Below are positions 25,735 to 38,470 of a DNA stretch of 64,000 bases, piece by piece. A program made the translations under genes and the position numbers. Under the pieces are notes generated by a model that was not told the DNA's origin, searched no databases, and was given only the letters and a program-made list of their open reading frames with translations. This DNA is from Pristiophorus japonicus (Eukaryota): positions 10,416,001-10,480,000 of the forward strand of contig NC_091999.1 of NCBI RefSeq assembly GCF_044704955.1, read 5' to 3'. Numbering within the stretch: the first letter of the stretch is position 1; each line of letters starts with the position of its first letter.

Positions 25735-26068
25735 AGTGCAGAGATATTCAGGGTTGTAGGGCTGTAGGAGGGCCCCGAGATCGACAGCAGCGAGTCAATG
25801 TGGGGATTTGCAAAAAAGAGTGTACATTTAAAAGAAGAGGCATTGTCGGACGGTGAGCCAATGTAGGTCAGCGAGCACAGACATGATGGGTGAACGGAAT
25901 TGGCACAAGTTTTGATACAGGCAGCAGAGTTTTTCATGAGCTAAAGTTTACTGAGTGTGCACGCTGGGAGGCCGGCCAGTGGAACACTGGAATAGTCGAG
26001 CTCAGAGGTACCAAAGGCATGGCTGAGGGTTTGACCAAAAGATGAGCTGAGGTAGGATCGGAGGTAAG
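25735..26068 (-). mobile_element. L2-type LINE fragment (inverted paralog 45632-45960; similar piece 56295-56395)
   Basis: Reverse strand resembles QNSAAR...HITPVLADLHWLPV of the L2 ORF2 C-terminus. Confidence 0.65.
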
Positions 26069-26070
26069 AT

Positions 26071-27920
26071 GCCCAGCCCCGCATGAAATTTATCCCAGGC
26101 TTTTAAGAGAAGAAAGTGATGCAATAACAGAGACTCTGACCATCATTTTCCTAATCTCTCAGACTGCAGGTGTGGTGCCGGAGGACTGGAAGACTGCTAA
26201 TGGTATATTTTAGTTTGAAAAGGGAGAAAGGGACAGACAGAATAATTACAGCCCAGTAAGCCTGAACTTGGTGCTGGGACAATTATTGGAAGAAACTTTG
26301 AGTGATAGGAAAAATCGCCATTGAGAAAGACACGGATTAATCCAGGACAACCAGCATGGATTTGCTAAGGCAAGGTCGTGTCTGATTAAACTGATTCATT
26401 TCTTTGAGGAGGGAATAATAAGAGTCGATTAATGCAGTACTTTTTATATAGTGAATACGGACTGTAGCAAGGCTTTTGATAAGGTGCCTTATGGCAGTAT
26501 TATCATGAAAGTAAATGCCCATGTGATCCATGCCAAAGTGGCAAGTTGGATCCAAGTTTGGCTCAGAGGCACGAAGCAAACGATAATGGTCGTTGTGTAT
26601 TTTTTGTGACTGAAAGGCTGTTTCCAGTGGGGCTCCACAGGGGTCAGTAATATGTCCCTTGCCTCTTGTTGAATATATCAATGATTTAGATTTAAATGTA
26701 GGGATAGGAATAACAAGATTGAAGATGATACAAAAAATTTCCATGTGATTGATAATGAAGAAGAAATATATAAACTGCAGGAATATATCAATGAATTGGT
26801 CAGGTGGACGCGAAAGTGGCAAATGGAAGTCAAACCTGAGAAGTGTGAGGTAATGCATTTGGGGAGGGCTAGCAAGGCAGGTGAATCCACATTAAATGGT
26901 AGGAGACTGTTGAGTGCAGAGGAAGACAGGAACCTTGGAGTGCATGTCGACAGATCCCTGAACGTAGGAGCCCATGTGTAAAAGGTGGTGAAGAAGGCAT
27001 ACAGAATACTTGCCCTTTTTAGCCGAGGCATAGAATACAGGAGCAGGGAGGTTATGCGTAAACTGCTTAAAACATTAGTTACACCACAGCCAGAGTATTA
27101 CATACAGTTCTGGTCACCACATTACAGGAATGTGACTACACTAGAGAGGGTACAGAGGATATTTGCGAGAATGATACCTGGACTGGAGAATTTTAGCTGT
27201 GAGGAAAGATTGGATATGCGAGGTTTGCCTTCTTTGGAGAAAGGAAGTAGAGGGGATACCCGATTGAGAGGTATAAAATTATGGGGTGGGCCTCTGTAGT
27301 GTGAATAGGCGCACCTATTTCGTTTAGTGGAGGGGTCAACAACCAGGAAGCATATATTTATATTAATTGGCAGAAGGTTTAGAGGGGATTTGAGGGGAAA
27401 TGTTTTCATCCAGTTGGTGGTGAGGGTTTGGAACTCACTGCCTGAAAGGTGGTAGAGGCAGAAACATTCATAGCACTTAAAAAGTACTTGAATATGCATT
27501 TGAATTTCTGAAAAACTACAAGACTACGGACAAGAGCTGGAAAGTGGGTGAAGGCTGGATAGCTCTTTGTCAGCCGGCAGAATGTGCCGAAATCGTCTCC
27601 TTCTGTGGTGTAAATTTCTATGATTCTATGGTTATCTGATAAAGTCTCGGTATATTGGTCTGTGGTGCGGAGCGATTTCTTCACTCACAAGATTTTGAAA
27701 CTTTGGAATTCTCTCCCCCAGAGGCCTGTGGTTGCTGAAAGGTGGAGTATGCTCAAAACTGACATGAATAATTATTGGGCAGTAATAGAATCAAGGGCTG
27801 TGGTATTTGGGTGGGAAAGTGGATTTGATATGCAAGTTCATCTATGCTTTTATTGAATATCGGAGCTGGCTCAATGAGTGGTGTGTTCTACCCCTGCTGC
27901 TATTATTTATGTTCCTACCT
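26071..27920 (+). mobile_element. Old CR1 fragments (duplicate of ~3170-4980)
   Basis: Degenerate RT ORFs 26745-27299; ttctatgattctatg tail ~27630. Confidence 0.85.
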
Positions 27921-28988
27921 AAGTAATTTCATTCTGATAGATTCTTCTAACTTTTCCCAGACCCCTTTCGAACTGTTTATCCAGCGGTCTCTCCCTGAAT
28001 TTCTCTCCCAGTAAGTCTATTTGTGTTTCTCGCCCTATCTCTCCTTGAATATTTTCCAATGTATGTATATCTATTCCTCTCTCAGTGTCTCTTAGTTAAT
28101 GACAGATTTGAAAAACAAGTAGGAACACCTCAACTCACGTACGTTTCAAGAAGGCAGCTCATCACCAACTTCTCAAACGTAATGAGGAATGAGCAACAAA
28201 TGTTGGCACTGACATCGATGCCCCTTTCCCGTGAAATAATAATAACCACGAATGGGCCGCCAGGTTGTGCTCATTTACGTTGATAGTGTTTTTATGCAGT
28301 GAAAATATCCATGTGTTTATTTTTCGATTCCATTCCCATGAGATTACATTCGATTAGCTGACAATAACTGTTGTAGAAGGCGAGAATACTCAATACTGTG
28401 TAGCCATTGCAAACAGTGCATGTCACCTGTATCCCGGCCCTCTTGAACCACCATATCAGAAACCTTCCCCCATTCATTTAAAATCTTTCCCATCCAAAAT
28501 TTATTTTATGAGCTCTATTTGAAAGGTGGAGTAATATGAGTGTTAACCCAGCTAATATTCAGGGTCCCATCAGATTTAATAGATCTCCATCATTTCTTCA
28601 TTTCTGCCTCCTCTGTTTTCAAAACGAGGTCCCAAAGGTTGATAGGTCAATGTTTGATCCACAGCCCTATCAGACAGAGGGGACATCTGCTCTCTGTTTG
28701 GGTGGAGGTCCTTTAGTTACCCGCCGGTACTGCATGAGTAAACTTGGCAGCTTTTGTTCAAGATAATAAATGATAAACTGAGCATCCAGAGGGCGAGGCA
28801 ATTAGTATAATGCGTAAGCACTTGCATTCTTCCCTGGCCCACAGTGAGGATATAACAGATAATTATCATCATACCTGAAAATTATATAATCGATTGCACA
28901 TCAGAATATCCCCGAAATAATCGAGTTTCCAATAATATTCTCGATCCACGAGGATAAACTAGGAACGCGCATAAACTTGGAAAACGCC

Positions 28989-29395
28989 ATGAATGGAATT
29001 GTTACTTTCACGTTTTTTCCTTTCCGTGAGCATTTTGTGCATTCGCTGTTAAAATATATATATCTTGACTAATTTTCCACCTCATTTTATCAGCCGTTAT
29101 TAGCACCGAGGCTATGATCCATCAATCACAGCGGGTGTTTGCACAAGAGGGAGAGTCAATTGAAGTCCAGTGCAATGAAAGCACCAGCGGCAGTGAGCGC
29201 ATCATCTGGTACAGACAACTACAGTACCATGCCCTGAAATGTACCATATCTGCTATCCAGGGCAACACCACTGACGGACGATTCAGACACTTCATTGTCC
29301 CAACAAGAAATGACAACATTCTCGGTATGCACAGAACCGCGGTATCAGACGCTGGAGCAGTTACGCACCGTGAGACAAAGACCGTGACAATACCT
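28989..29395 (+). pseudogene. TCR V pseudogene, family X, copy B (exon 1 28989-29025, exon 2 29094-29365); open frame but no second Cys
   Basis: MNGIVTFTFFPF leader; IHQSQRVFAQEGESIEVQCNESTSGSERIIWYRQ...VSDAG^AVT (VYYC deleted in frame); CACCGTG (29366-29372) - 14 nt - ACAATACCT. Confidence 0.88.
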
Positions 29396-29861
29396 CCTGC
29401 TGGATTCTATTCGATAATGGCAATATCGCTGATCTCCTCTGCTGCTGGTTTTTTCTGCTCTGTGAGGTACATTTCCACAGTCTCAAATCCTCCTGTAAGG
29501 AAAGGGTTAATCAGACTACACTGAATGTGTTGACTCCTCTGTGTGGTACAGTATCACAGACTACATGCTATAAGGTACAGGTGATATAGAGATTGACTTG
29601 GTTACAAGCACCCAGCGCCAGGATTGTCCCGTTAGAGATCACTATTATAAAGTGTTGACGTTTAGCTCACTGCACTCCAAAAGGAGGAGAGGAACTTGCT
29701 GGTCCTTCGACGACTGACTTGTCCGGATATAAACCGGAGATTAAAAATATACATTTCCAGCCAATCCAAGAACAGCAAATCCACATGACGGAACTTTAAC
29801 AGGGAGGCGCTTCTTTACTCAGCCGCCTGTTCAATATCGTCACTCGGTTTGCAGTCTTGTG

Positions 29862-30375
29862 ATGCGAGCTGTGTGGCGCTTTCTTCTTGACATTGTAATT
29901 GCCAGGATGTATTATTCGGTACAAATGAATCTATTCTCCGTTATTCTGCTGCTGCTAACATGTAGCTACAGGAGCTGAGCTCAATAACCCGCAGTGTTTC
30001 TTTTTATTCAAGTTGGTCCAGTGTTTTATTATCTCAATTTTTTTACAGGTCGGTTTCTCTCGGACCAAGTGCTGCAGTCTCCCGCTGTGGTAAGTGTCCG
30101 GATCGGTGATTCACTGCAGATTAACTGCAGCTATGACACTCCCAGCTTTTGCGCCTTGCACTGCTACAAACAGAAATACAGTCAGGGAATTAAGTGGGTA
30201 ATAAGACGGGCATAGGCTCGCAGGGAGAGCAGGGATCGATTTGAAATGATTCTTTATACTGGAGACAAACACGACCAATTGGTGATTAAAAGCACAATTA
30301 GCTCGGATACTGCTGTGTATTACTCTGCGATAGACTCACACTGATAGGAATTGCTGCACGTTCTGTACAAATACC
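29862..30375 (+). pseudogene. TCR V pseudogene, family Y, copy B
   Basis: DQVLQSPAVVSVRIGDSLQINCSY; Trp41->Cys, TAG stop, YYC->YYS; RSS CACACTG (30337-30343) - 23 - ACAAATACC. Confidence 0.88.
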
Positions 30376-32446
30376 TTCCTCTTGTTTACAGTACCGTAAC
30401 TCGTGCAGCAATCTCTCTAATGATGCAGGGCAGGCAAAGTGGATCAGAGGGAGAGCAGCAGATGGAAGGTGTGGGCGGGGCTGCCGAAGGCAACGTTTCT
30501 GCAATTTCCATTTAACGGCGGGTTTCATCAGAAATATTGACAGTCACAACATAAAGTGTCTATGTGTGGAGCCAGTCACACAATGGGTGCAGCCTTTGGT
30601 GTAAGGAATGCTTCAGCATTGCCTAATAGTTGGATTATATTCAACTGGCTGGAAACCCTCACAATGATTGTTTTTCATTTTGTGCCGGTTTGTGACGATA
30701 CATCGAGAACATTAGGTTCATTCTCCAGTAACATTCATGTTCACACTGACCTATCCGCTCTGTGCATTGGATTTGCTCTTGTCGATATTTCTAATGAAAT
30801 AGTCAACGCATTCTAAAAGATTGTTAGTGTGATTAGAAAAAACAAATTTCAGCTAATTTTTAGACAGAGAGATCAGGGGAATCCTTCCTCCTGTGTGTCC
30901 CCATCAGAAGGTTAGTGGAACATGAATCATTGTCCACCACCCCAGTCTGATTGATGACTGTGAGTGAAGTATACTGAACATCTACCTTTACATTCAAGCC
31001 GATATATCGGCAGTTCGATGGCAAATCATAACGCCATCATCCGATTTTATTGGTAATTGTTCGCAGTGTTACATGACCCCTTCCCCAGATGCCTGCTGAA
31101 ACGGTTATATCTCTGCCTGAAATTAACAGAATGCTCTACTCTGCTGTGCTGATATCAATGACATGGGGTGAAATATGGTGGTTATTGACATGGGACAAAC
31201 TCCTTATCCGGGTTTCACACCTGTCTCGATGCATGTATCCTTCATTCCAGCTTACAATAATAAACACATTTTTTCAAATGGCAGCTTCACAAAACGACCA
31301 ACTCATTCCGTCATATTTGCTTTGATATTTTCATGTCCGCAAATATTTCTAAAGCATGGTATGGAGAGATTGTGACGATGATTTGCAGACAATGCAAGAC
31401 GGGGGTGGGGCGGGGGGAGGGGTTGTGTGGGTGCGGGGCATGTCTTTGCTGAACTCCACGAACGTAAATACAGATATAAACAAAGTCCAAATGTTGATGG
31501 ATTTAAAGCAATTAAAGCATCAAAGGAAGAAAATTGGACTGCGCCACGAGGGCGCAACGACATATATATGATCACGGCGCCCTCTCGTGGATATGCTGAG
31601 AACTTTCACACTGTTTGGATACTGGGTGAAAACAGTAAGTGTATCAATTGAGCAGTTTGCAGCGCCCATTTTTGGGGAGATGCGTTGTGCTGATGGTGAT
31701 GGTGAATGTCAATCCTTGTACATCAAAAATTATGTGGTCAGAAATATTAATCAAATGAATTGGAGCTTGGAATTCAAAGTTTCCAATGGAAAATTTGATC
31801 CATTCTGATCTGCACAATAAAAAACAACCCCAAACCCGAAGTTACAACAATTGACATCGATTTCCTTTCATTTCAACTTGTGCCGAATGCATGTGATTTT
31901 TGTGCAAAGGCTCTAGAGAGTCAGTATATTTTTCCTGCCGCATTTCCCGATTCCAGAACAAATTAGGTATATCCCAGGCCTGCCGCAACATGTCTGCAAC
32001 CCGTCCCCGTTATTTTCAAGTCCTTCCCATCCAAAACCAAAAGCTGCTTTTATTCGTTTTATTGTCTCTGTTGAATTGGGGAGAAATATCAGCGTTAATC
32101 CAACTGATATTCACAGTCCACATAAGATACAGTCGAAATCCATCCTTTCTGTCCCCACTACATTCCAAATGAACACCCAGAGGGTGAATTGTCTGTGTCT
32201 GACACACTGACCCACCCAGTCCCCCATCAGAGGGAGCTGAGACCTTCATCCTCCTGTGCCTGGGGTGGATTAAACCTGATATCAAGGAATGAAATGTCAA
32301 TGTCTGACCCACCAGTACAGCACGAAGTTAACGGTAACCTTAACTGCTTTTGCTCAGGAAGAAGAATTAGTAATCGGGAATGTCAGTCCGAATAAAGCGT
32401 CAGCACTTGCGTTGTTCCCTGACCTTCAGTGACGATGTAAGATATA

Positions 32447-35400
32447 TAAGAACACAAAAACATAAGAATTAGGAACAGGAGTAGGCCATCTAGCCCCTGG
32501 AGCCTGCTCCGCCATTCAATAAGATCATGGCTGATCTGATCGTGGACTCAGCTCCAATTACCCGCCCTCGCCCTCGCCCCGTAACCCTTAATTGCCTTAT
32601 TGCTTAAAAATCTATCTATCTTTGACTTGAAAACATTCAATGAGCCAGCCTCAACTGCTTCCTTGGGCAGAAAATTCCACAGATTCAAAACGCTCTGGGA
32701 GAAGAAATTCTTTCTCAACTCGGTTTTAAATTGGCTCCCCCGTATTTTGAGGCTATGCCTCCGAGTTCAAGTCTCCCCTACCAGTGGAAACAACCTCTCT
32801 GCCTCGATCGTGTCTATCCCTTTCATGATTTTAAATGTTTCTATAAGATCACTACTCATCCTTCTGAACTCCAAGGAGTAAAGCCCCAGTCTACTCAATG
32901 TATCATGATAAGGTAACCCCCTCATTTCTCGAATCAGCCTAGTGAATCGTCTCTGTACCCCTTCCAAAGCTAGTATATCCTTCCTTAAGTAAGGTAACCA
33001 AAACTGCACACAGTACTCCAGGTGCGGCCTTACCAATACCAAATACAGTTGCAGCAGCACCTCCCTGATTTTTTATTCCATCCCTTTCGCAATGAAGGCC
33101 AACATTCCATTTGCCTTCCTGATCACCTGCTGCACCTGCAAATCAACCTTTTGGGATTCATGCACAAGGACCCCCAGGTCCCTCTGCACCACAGCATGTT
33201 GTAATTTCTCCCTATTCAAATAATATTCCCTTTTACTGTTTTTTTTTCCCAAGGTGGATGACCTCACACTTTCCGACATTGTATTCCAAAAGCCCATTCG
33301 CTTAACCTATCCAAATCTCCTTGTAGCCTCTCTGAGTCCTCTACACAACCCGCTTTCCCACTAATCTTAGTGTCACCTGCAAATTTTGTTGCACTACACT
33401 CTGTCCCCTCCTCTTGGTCATCTCTGTATATTGTAAACAGTTGTGGTCCCAGCACTGATCCCTGTGGCACACCACTAACCACTGATTTCCAACCGGAAAA
33501 GGACCTATTTATCCAGACACTCTGCTTTCTGTTCGCCAGCCAATTCTCTATCCATGCTAATACATTTCCTCTGACTCCGCGTACTTTTTCCTTCTGCAGT
33601 AACCTTTTGTGTGGCACCTTATCGAATGCCTTTTGGAAATCTAAATACACCACATCCATCGGTACTCCTCTATCCACCATGCTCGTTATATCCTCAAAGA
33701 ATTCCAGTCAATTAGTTAAACATGATTTCCCTTTCATGAATCCATACTGCGTCTGCTTTATTGCACTATTTCTACCCGGATGTCCCGCTATTTCTTCCTT
33801 AATGATAGTTTCAAGCATTTTCCCCACTATAGTTGTTAAACGAACTGGCCTATAGTTACCTGCCTTTTGCCTGCCCCCTTTTTTAAACAGAGGCGTTACA
33901 TTAGTTCCTCTCCAATCCGCTGGTACCTCCCCAGAGTCCAGAGAATGTTGGTAGATTATAATAAATGAATCTGCTATAACTTCCGCCATCTCTTTTAATA
34001 CCCTGGGATGCATTTCATCAGGACCAGGGGACTTGTCTACCTTCAATCCCATTAGTCTGTCCAGCACTACCTCCCTAATGATAGTGATCATCTCAAGGTC
34101 CTCCATTCCCACATTCCCGTGACCAGCAATTTTTGGCATGGTTTTTGTGTCTTCCACTGTGAAGACGGAAGCAAAATAATTGTTTAAGGTCTCAGCCATT
34201 TCCACATTTCCCATTATTAAATCCCCCTTTTCATCTTCTAAGGGACCAACATTTACTTTAGTCACTCTTTTCCGTTTTATATATCTGTAAAAGCTTTTAC
34301 TATCTGTTTTTATGTTTTGCGGAAGTTTACCTTCATAATCTATCTTACTTTCTTTATTGCTTTTTTAGTCATTCTTTGCTGTTGCTTAAAATCTTCCCAA
34401 TCCTCTAGTTTCCCACTAACCTTGGCCACCTTATACGCATTGGTCTTTGATTTGATACTTTCCTTTATTTTCTTGGTTATCCACGGCTGGTTATCTCTTC
34501 TCTTGCCGCCCTTCTTTTTCACTGGAATATATTTTTGTTGCGCATTATGAAAGAGCTCCTTAAAAGTCCACCACTGTTCCTCAATTGTGCCACAGTTTAG
34601 TCCTTGTTTCCAGTCTACTTTAGCCAAATCTGCCCTCATCCCACTGTAGTCCCCTTTGTTTAAGCATAGTACGCTCGTTTCTGACACAACTTCCTCATCC
34701 TCAATCTGTATTACAAATTCAACCATATTGTGTTCACTCATTCCGAGAGGATCTTTTATGAGGAGATCGATTATTTTTCCTGTCTCGTTACACAGGACCA
34801 GATCCAAAATGGCTTGCTCCCTTGTAGGCTCTGTTACATACTGTTCTAAGAAACAATCCCGTATGCATTCTATGAATTTCTCCTCCAGGCTACCCCCTGC
34901 GATTTGATTTGACCAATCGATATGTAGGTTAAAATCCCCCATAACTACTGCCGTTCCTTTTCACATGCCTCTATTATTCCCTTGATTATTGCCCGGCCCA
35001 CCATGAAGTTATTATTTGGGGGCCTATAAACTACGCCGACCAGTGACTTTTTCCCCTTACTATCTCTAATCTCCACCCACAATGATTCAACATTTTGTTC
35101 ATTGGAGCCAATATCATCCCTCACAACTGCCCTGATATCATCCCTTATTAACAGAGCTACCCCACCTCCCTTCCCTTCCTGTCTATCATTCCGAATCGTC
35201 AGATACCCCTGTATGTTTAATTCCCAGGTCTGGCCACCTTGCAACCATGTCTCTGTAATGGCCACCAAATCATACCCATTTGTCATGATTTGTGCCGTCA
35301 ACTCATTTACTTTATTTCTAATGCTGCGTGCATTTAGGTAGAGTGTTTTCATCCTAGTTTTTAAACCATGATTTTTAGTTTTTACCCTTCCTGCAGCCCT

Positions 35401-35668
35401 TTTATATTCAGTGGCCCTTTTTGTTTCTTGCCTTTGGTTTCTCTGCTCTCCACTTTTACTCGTCTCTTTTCTGTCTTTTGTTTTTGTCTCCTTTTTGTTT
35501 CCCTCTGTCTCCCTGTACTGGTTCCCATCCCCCTGCCATATCAGTTTAATTCCTCACCAACAGCACTAACAAACACTCCCCCTAGGACATTGGTTCCGTT
35601 CCTGCCTAAGTGCAGACCGTCCGGTTTGTACTGGTCCCACCTCCCCCAGAACCTGTTCCAATGCCCAT
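32447..35668 (-). mobile_element. CR1 LINE (end of ORF1 plus degenerate ORF2) inserted upstream of the X' V in cassette B
   Basis: YLNARSIRNK/ITETWL endonuclease, RT motifs, aagaacat tail; empty site at ~9592 in cassette A. Confidence 0.92.
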
Positions 35669-35784
35669 TGTTGCATCATATCTCGTAGAAAAGTACACAA
35701 TCGATTGCACATTAGAAAACCCGGAATAATTCGAATTTCCAATCATAATCTTGATCCACCGTGCGCTGAAATCAGGAAAACACA

Positions 35785-36156
35785 ATGAATGAAATTTAAA
35801 AATTCACTTTTTTGATTTTAGTTGGGTGTTTTGTGCAGAAAAGTGTTAATCGTTAAAACATATTTCGTCTCTCTAATTTTCCGTCTCTTTCCTATTGGCA
35901 GTTATGGGCGGTGAGCCTTTGCCCCACCAAGCAGAGCAGATATTTGAACGAGGGAGAATCGATTAAAATCTAGTGCAATGCAAGCACCAGCCGCTCTGAC
36001 GTCAAAACCACTGATGGACGATTCAAACACTTCATTGACCCAACAAGGAGTTACAACATTTTCTCTATGGACAGCACCGTGGTCTCAGACGATGGAATGT
36101 ATTACTGTGCACTGAGGCACCGTGAGACAAAAGCTGAGTGCTATAATACATTATCT
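35785..36156 (+). pseudogene. TCR V pseudogene, family X', copy B
   Basis: Same leader stop and FR2 deletion as the 9710 copy; SDDGMYYCALR; RSS CACCGTG (36118-36124) - 23 - ACATTATCT. Confidence 0.85.
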
Positions 36157-37120
36157 CCTGCAGGTTCCTATCAGACAATCTTAACACCCTTTCTCTGCTC
36201 CCCTGAATGTGTTGACTGCATTGTTATGTACAGTTCCATTCATCCGAGAAGGAAAGAATTAATTAGATTTTCCTTCAAGATGTTGACTCTTTTGTGCTGT
36301 ACTTTTCCACAGGCTCTATTCCTCTTGCAAGGGGATGGTTACTCAGACTGAGCTGAAGAGTATTAATTTTATCCTGCTACTGATTTGTGATCAAATTGTA
36401 ATTAATTTCATTCACATAATTGGTGGCTTTTATCGAATTTATCACGTCCTGGTGTTCAAATCCCTCAGAACCCGCTGGCTTTCTATATCCCCTTATCGAT
36501 TGGGTGTGGGTATTTCTAACAGTAAGTGAGCAGCTATTTTAATGGGAGACTCCTGGAATGATAAAATAAGTAAATTAACTTTTTCCCTTAACTGTCGCTA
36601 CCTCACCTGCTAAAGAGCCAACATTGGGTTTAATTCCCATCCAGTTCCATGTTGTGAGGAGGACAACTTCACTCCATTCCGCGCTGCTCGCTGTGATGTT
36701 TTGCATTGGAGAACAAAGGAGCTGGGAGCTGATTCGTTGAACTGGAAAGCAAAGGACACGTGAGCTGATTGGATATCACCTCCTGACTCTTCCCGGAATG
36801 AACCAATCAACAATGACACCGGATATGAATCAACATCTTTGCAATTCTTGAGGAGAATATTCTCAGGTTCAACAAGTTCTGTTCAAATCTGCCAGGTACC
36901 ATCTGTAAATATGTTGGGTGTGAATTTTTACTCAGCCGTCACAGCTGCAGCTCTCTTAACTGGTAAAATTTAAAGTTACACAATCTTCCTCTTCCAGATG
37001 TCACTGACTACCTTTTAGTTATGTCTTATCTCCATTTGCAATGTATTCCGTCACATAATGATTTAGTTATAAATAAATTATGAAAACATTTTAACATTTT
37101 GTGTTTGTACATGTCTGCAG

Positions 37121-38470
37121 GAGCGTCGAGAGAGGCCTGAGTCGGCGAGAGGCAGCGGCCTATAAAGGCTCAGCAGTCGAGCAGTCCGAGGAGTGTCGAG
37201 GGAGGTGTGAGTCGGCGAGAGGCAGCGGCCTATAAAGGCTCAGCAGTCGGGCACTCCGGGGTGCGTCGAGAGAGGCGTGAGTCGGCGAGAGGCAGCGGCC
37301 TATAAAGGCTCAGCAGTCGGGCAGTCCGGGGAGCGTCGAGAGAGGCGGGAGTCGGCGAGCAGCAGCGGCCGACAAAGGCGCAGCAGTCGGGCAGTCCAGG
37401 GAGTGTTGAGAGAGGTGGAACTCGGCGAGAGGCAGCGGCCTATAAAGGCTCAGCAGTCGGGCAGTCCGGGGAGCTTCGAGAGAGGCCTGAGTCGGCGAGA
37501 GGCAGCGGCCTATAAAGGCTCAGCAGTCGGGCAGTCGGGGGAGTGTCGAGAGAGGCGTGAGTCGGCGAGAGGCAGCGGCTTATAAAGGCTCAGCAGTCGG
37601 TTAGTCCAGGGCGTGTCGAGAGAGGCGGGAGTCGGCGAGAGGAAGCGGCATATAAAGGCTCAGCAGTCGGGCAGTCCGGGAAGCGTAGAGAGAGTCGGGA
37701 GTCGGCGAGAGGCAGTGGCCGATAAAGGTTCAGCAGTCGGGCAGTCCGGGTAGCGTCGAGAGAGGCGCGAGTTGGCGAGAGGCAGCGGCCTATAAACGCT
37801 CAGCAGTTGGGCAGTACGGGGAGCGTCGAGAGAGGCGGGAGTCGGCGAGAGGCATCGGCCTATAAAGGCTCAGCAGTTGGGCAATACGGGGAGCGTCGAG
37901 AGAGGCGGGAGTCGGCGAGCAGCAGCAGCCTATAAAGGCTCAGCAGTCGGGCAGTCCGGGGAGCGTCGAGAGAGGCGGGAGTCGGCGAGAGGCAGTGGCC
38001 GATAAAGGCTCAGCAGTCGGGCAGTCCGGGGAGCGTCGAGAGAGGCGGGAGTCGGCGAGCAGCAGCAGCCTATAAAGGCTCAGCAGTCGGGAAGTCCGGG
38101 GAGCGTCGAGAGAAGCGGGAGTCGGCGAGCAGCAGCAGCCTATAAAGGCTCAGCAGTCGGGAAGTCCGGGGAGCGTCGAGAGAAGCGGGCGTCGGCGAGA
38201 GGCAGCGGCCAATAAAGGCTCAGCAGTCGGGCAGTCCGGGGAGCGTCGAGAGAGGCGGGAGTCGGCAAGAGGCAGCGGCCTATAAAGGCTCAGCAGTCGG
38301 GCAGTCCGGGGAGCGTCGAGAGAGGTGGGAGTCGGCAAGAGGCAGCGGCCAAAAAAGGCTCAGCAGTCGGGCAGTCCGTGGAGCATCGAGAGAGGCGGGT
38401 TTCGGCGAGAGGCAGCGGCCTATAAAGGCGCAGCAGTCGGGCAGTCCGGGGAGTGTCGAGAGACGCGGGG
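37121..38470 (+). repeat. Tandem array of 19 full 70-bp GC-rich monomers plus a partial unit, most containing TATAAA
   Basis: Unit gagcgtcgagagaggcgggagtcggcgagaggcagcggcctataaaggctcagcagtcgggcagtccggg starts every 70 nt from 37121 to 38451 with no indels. Confidence 0.96.

Noticed and set aside
37121-38470. Regular 70-bp array as a CRISPR-like array or as coding ORFs (37277-37585, 38150-38576)
   Set aside because: There are no unique spacers, the context is eukaryotic, and the ORFs are by-products of a GC-rich tandem repeat.
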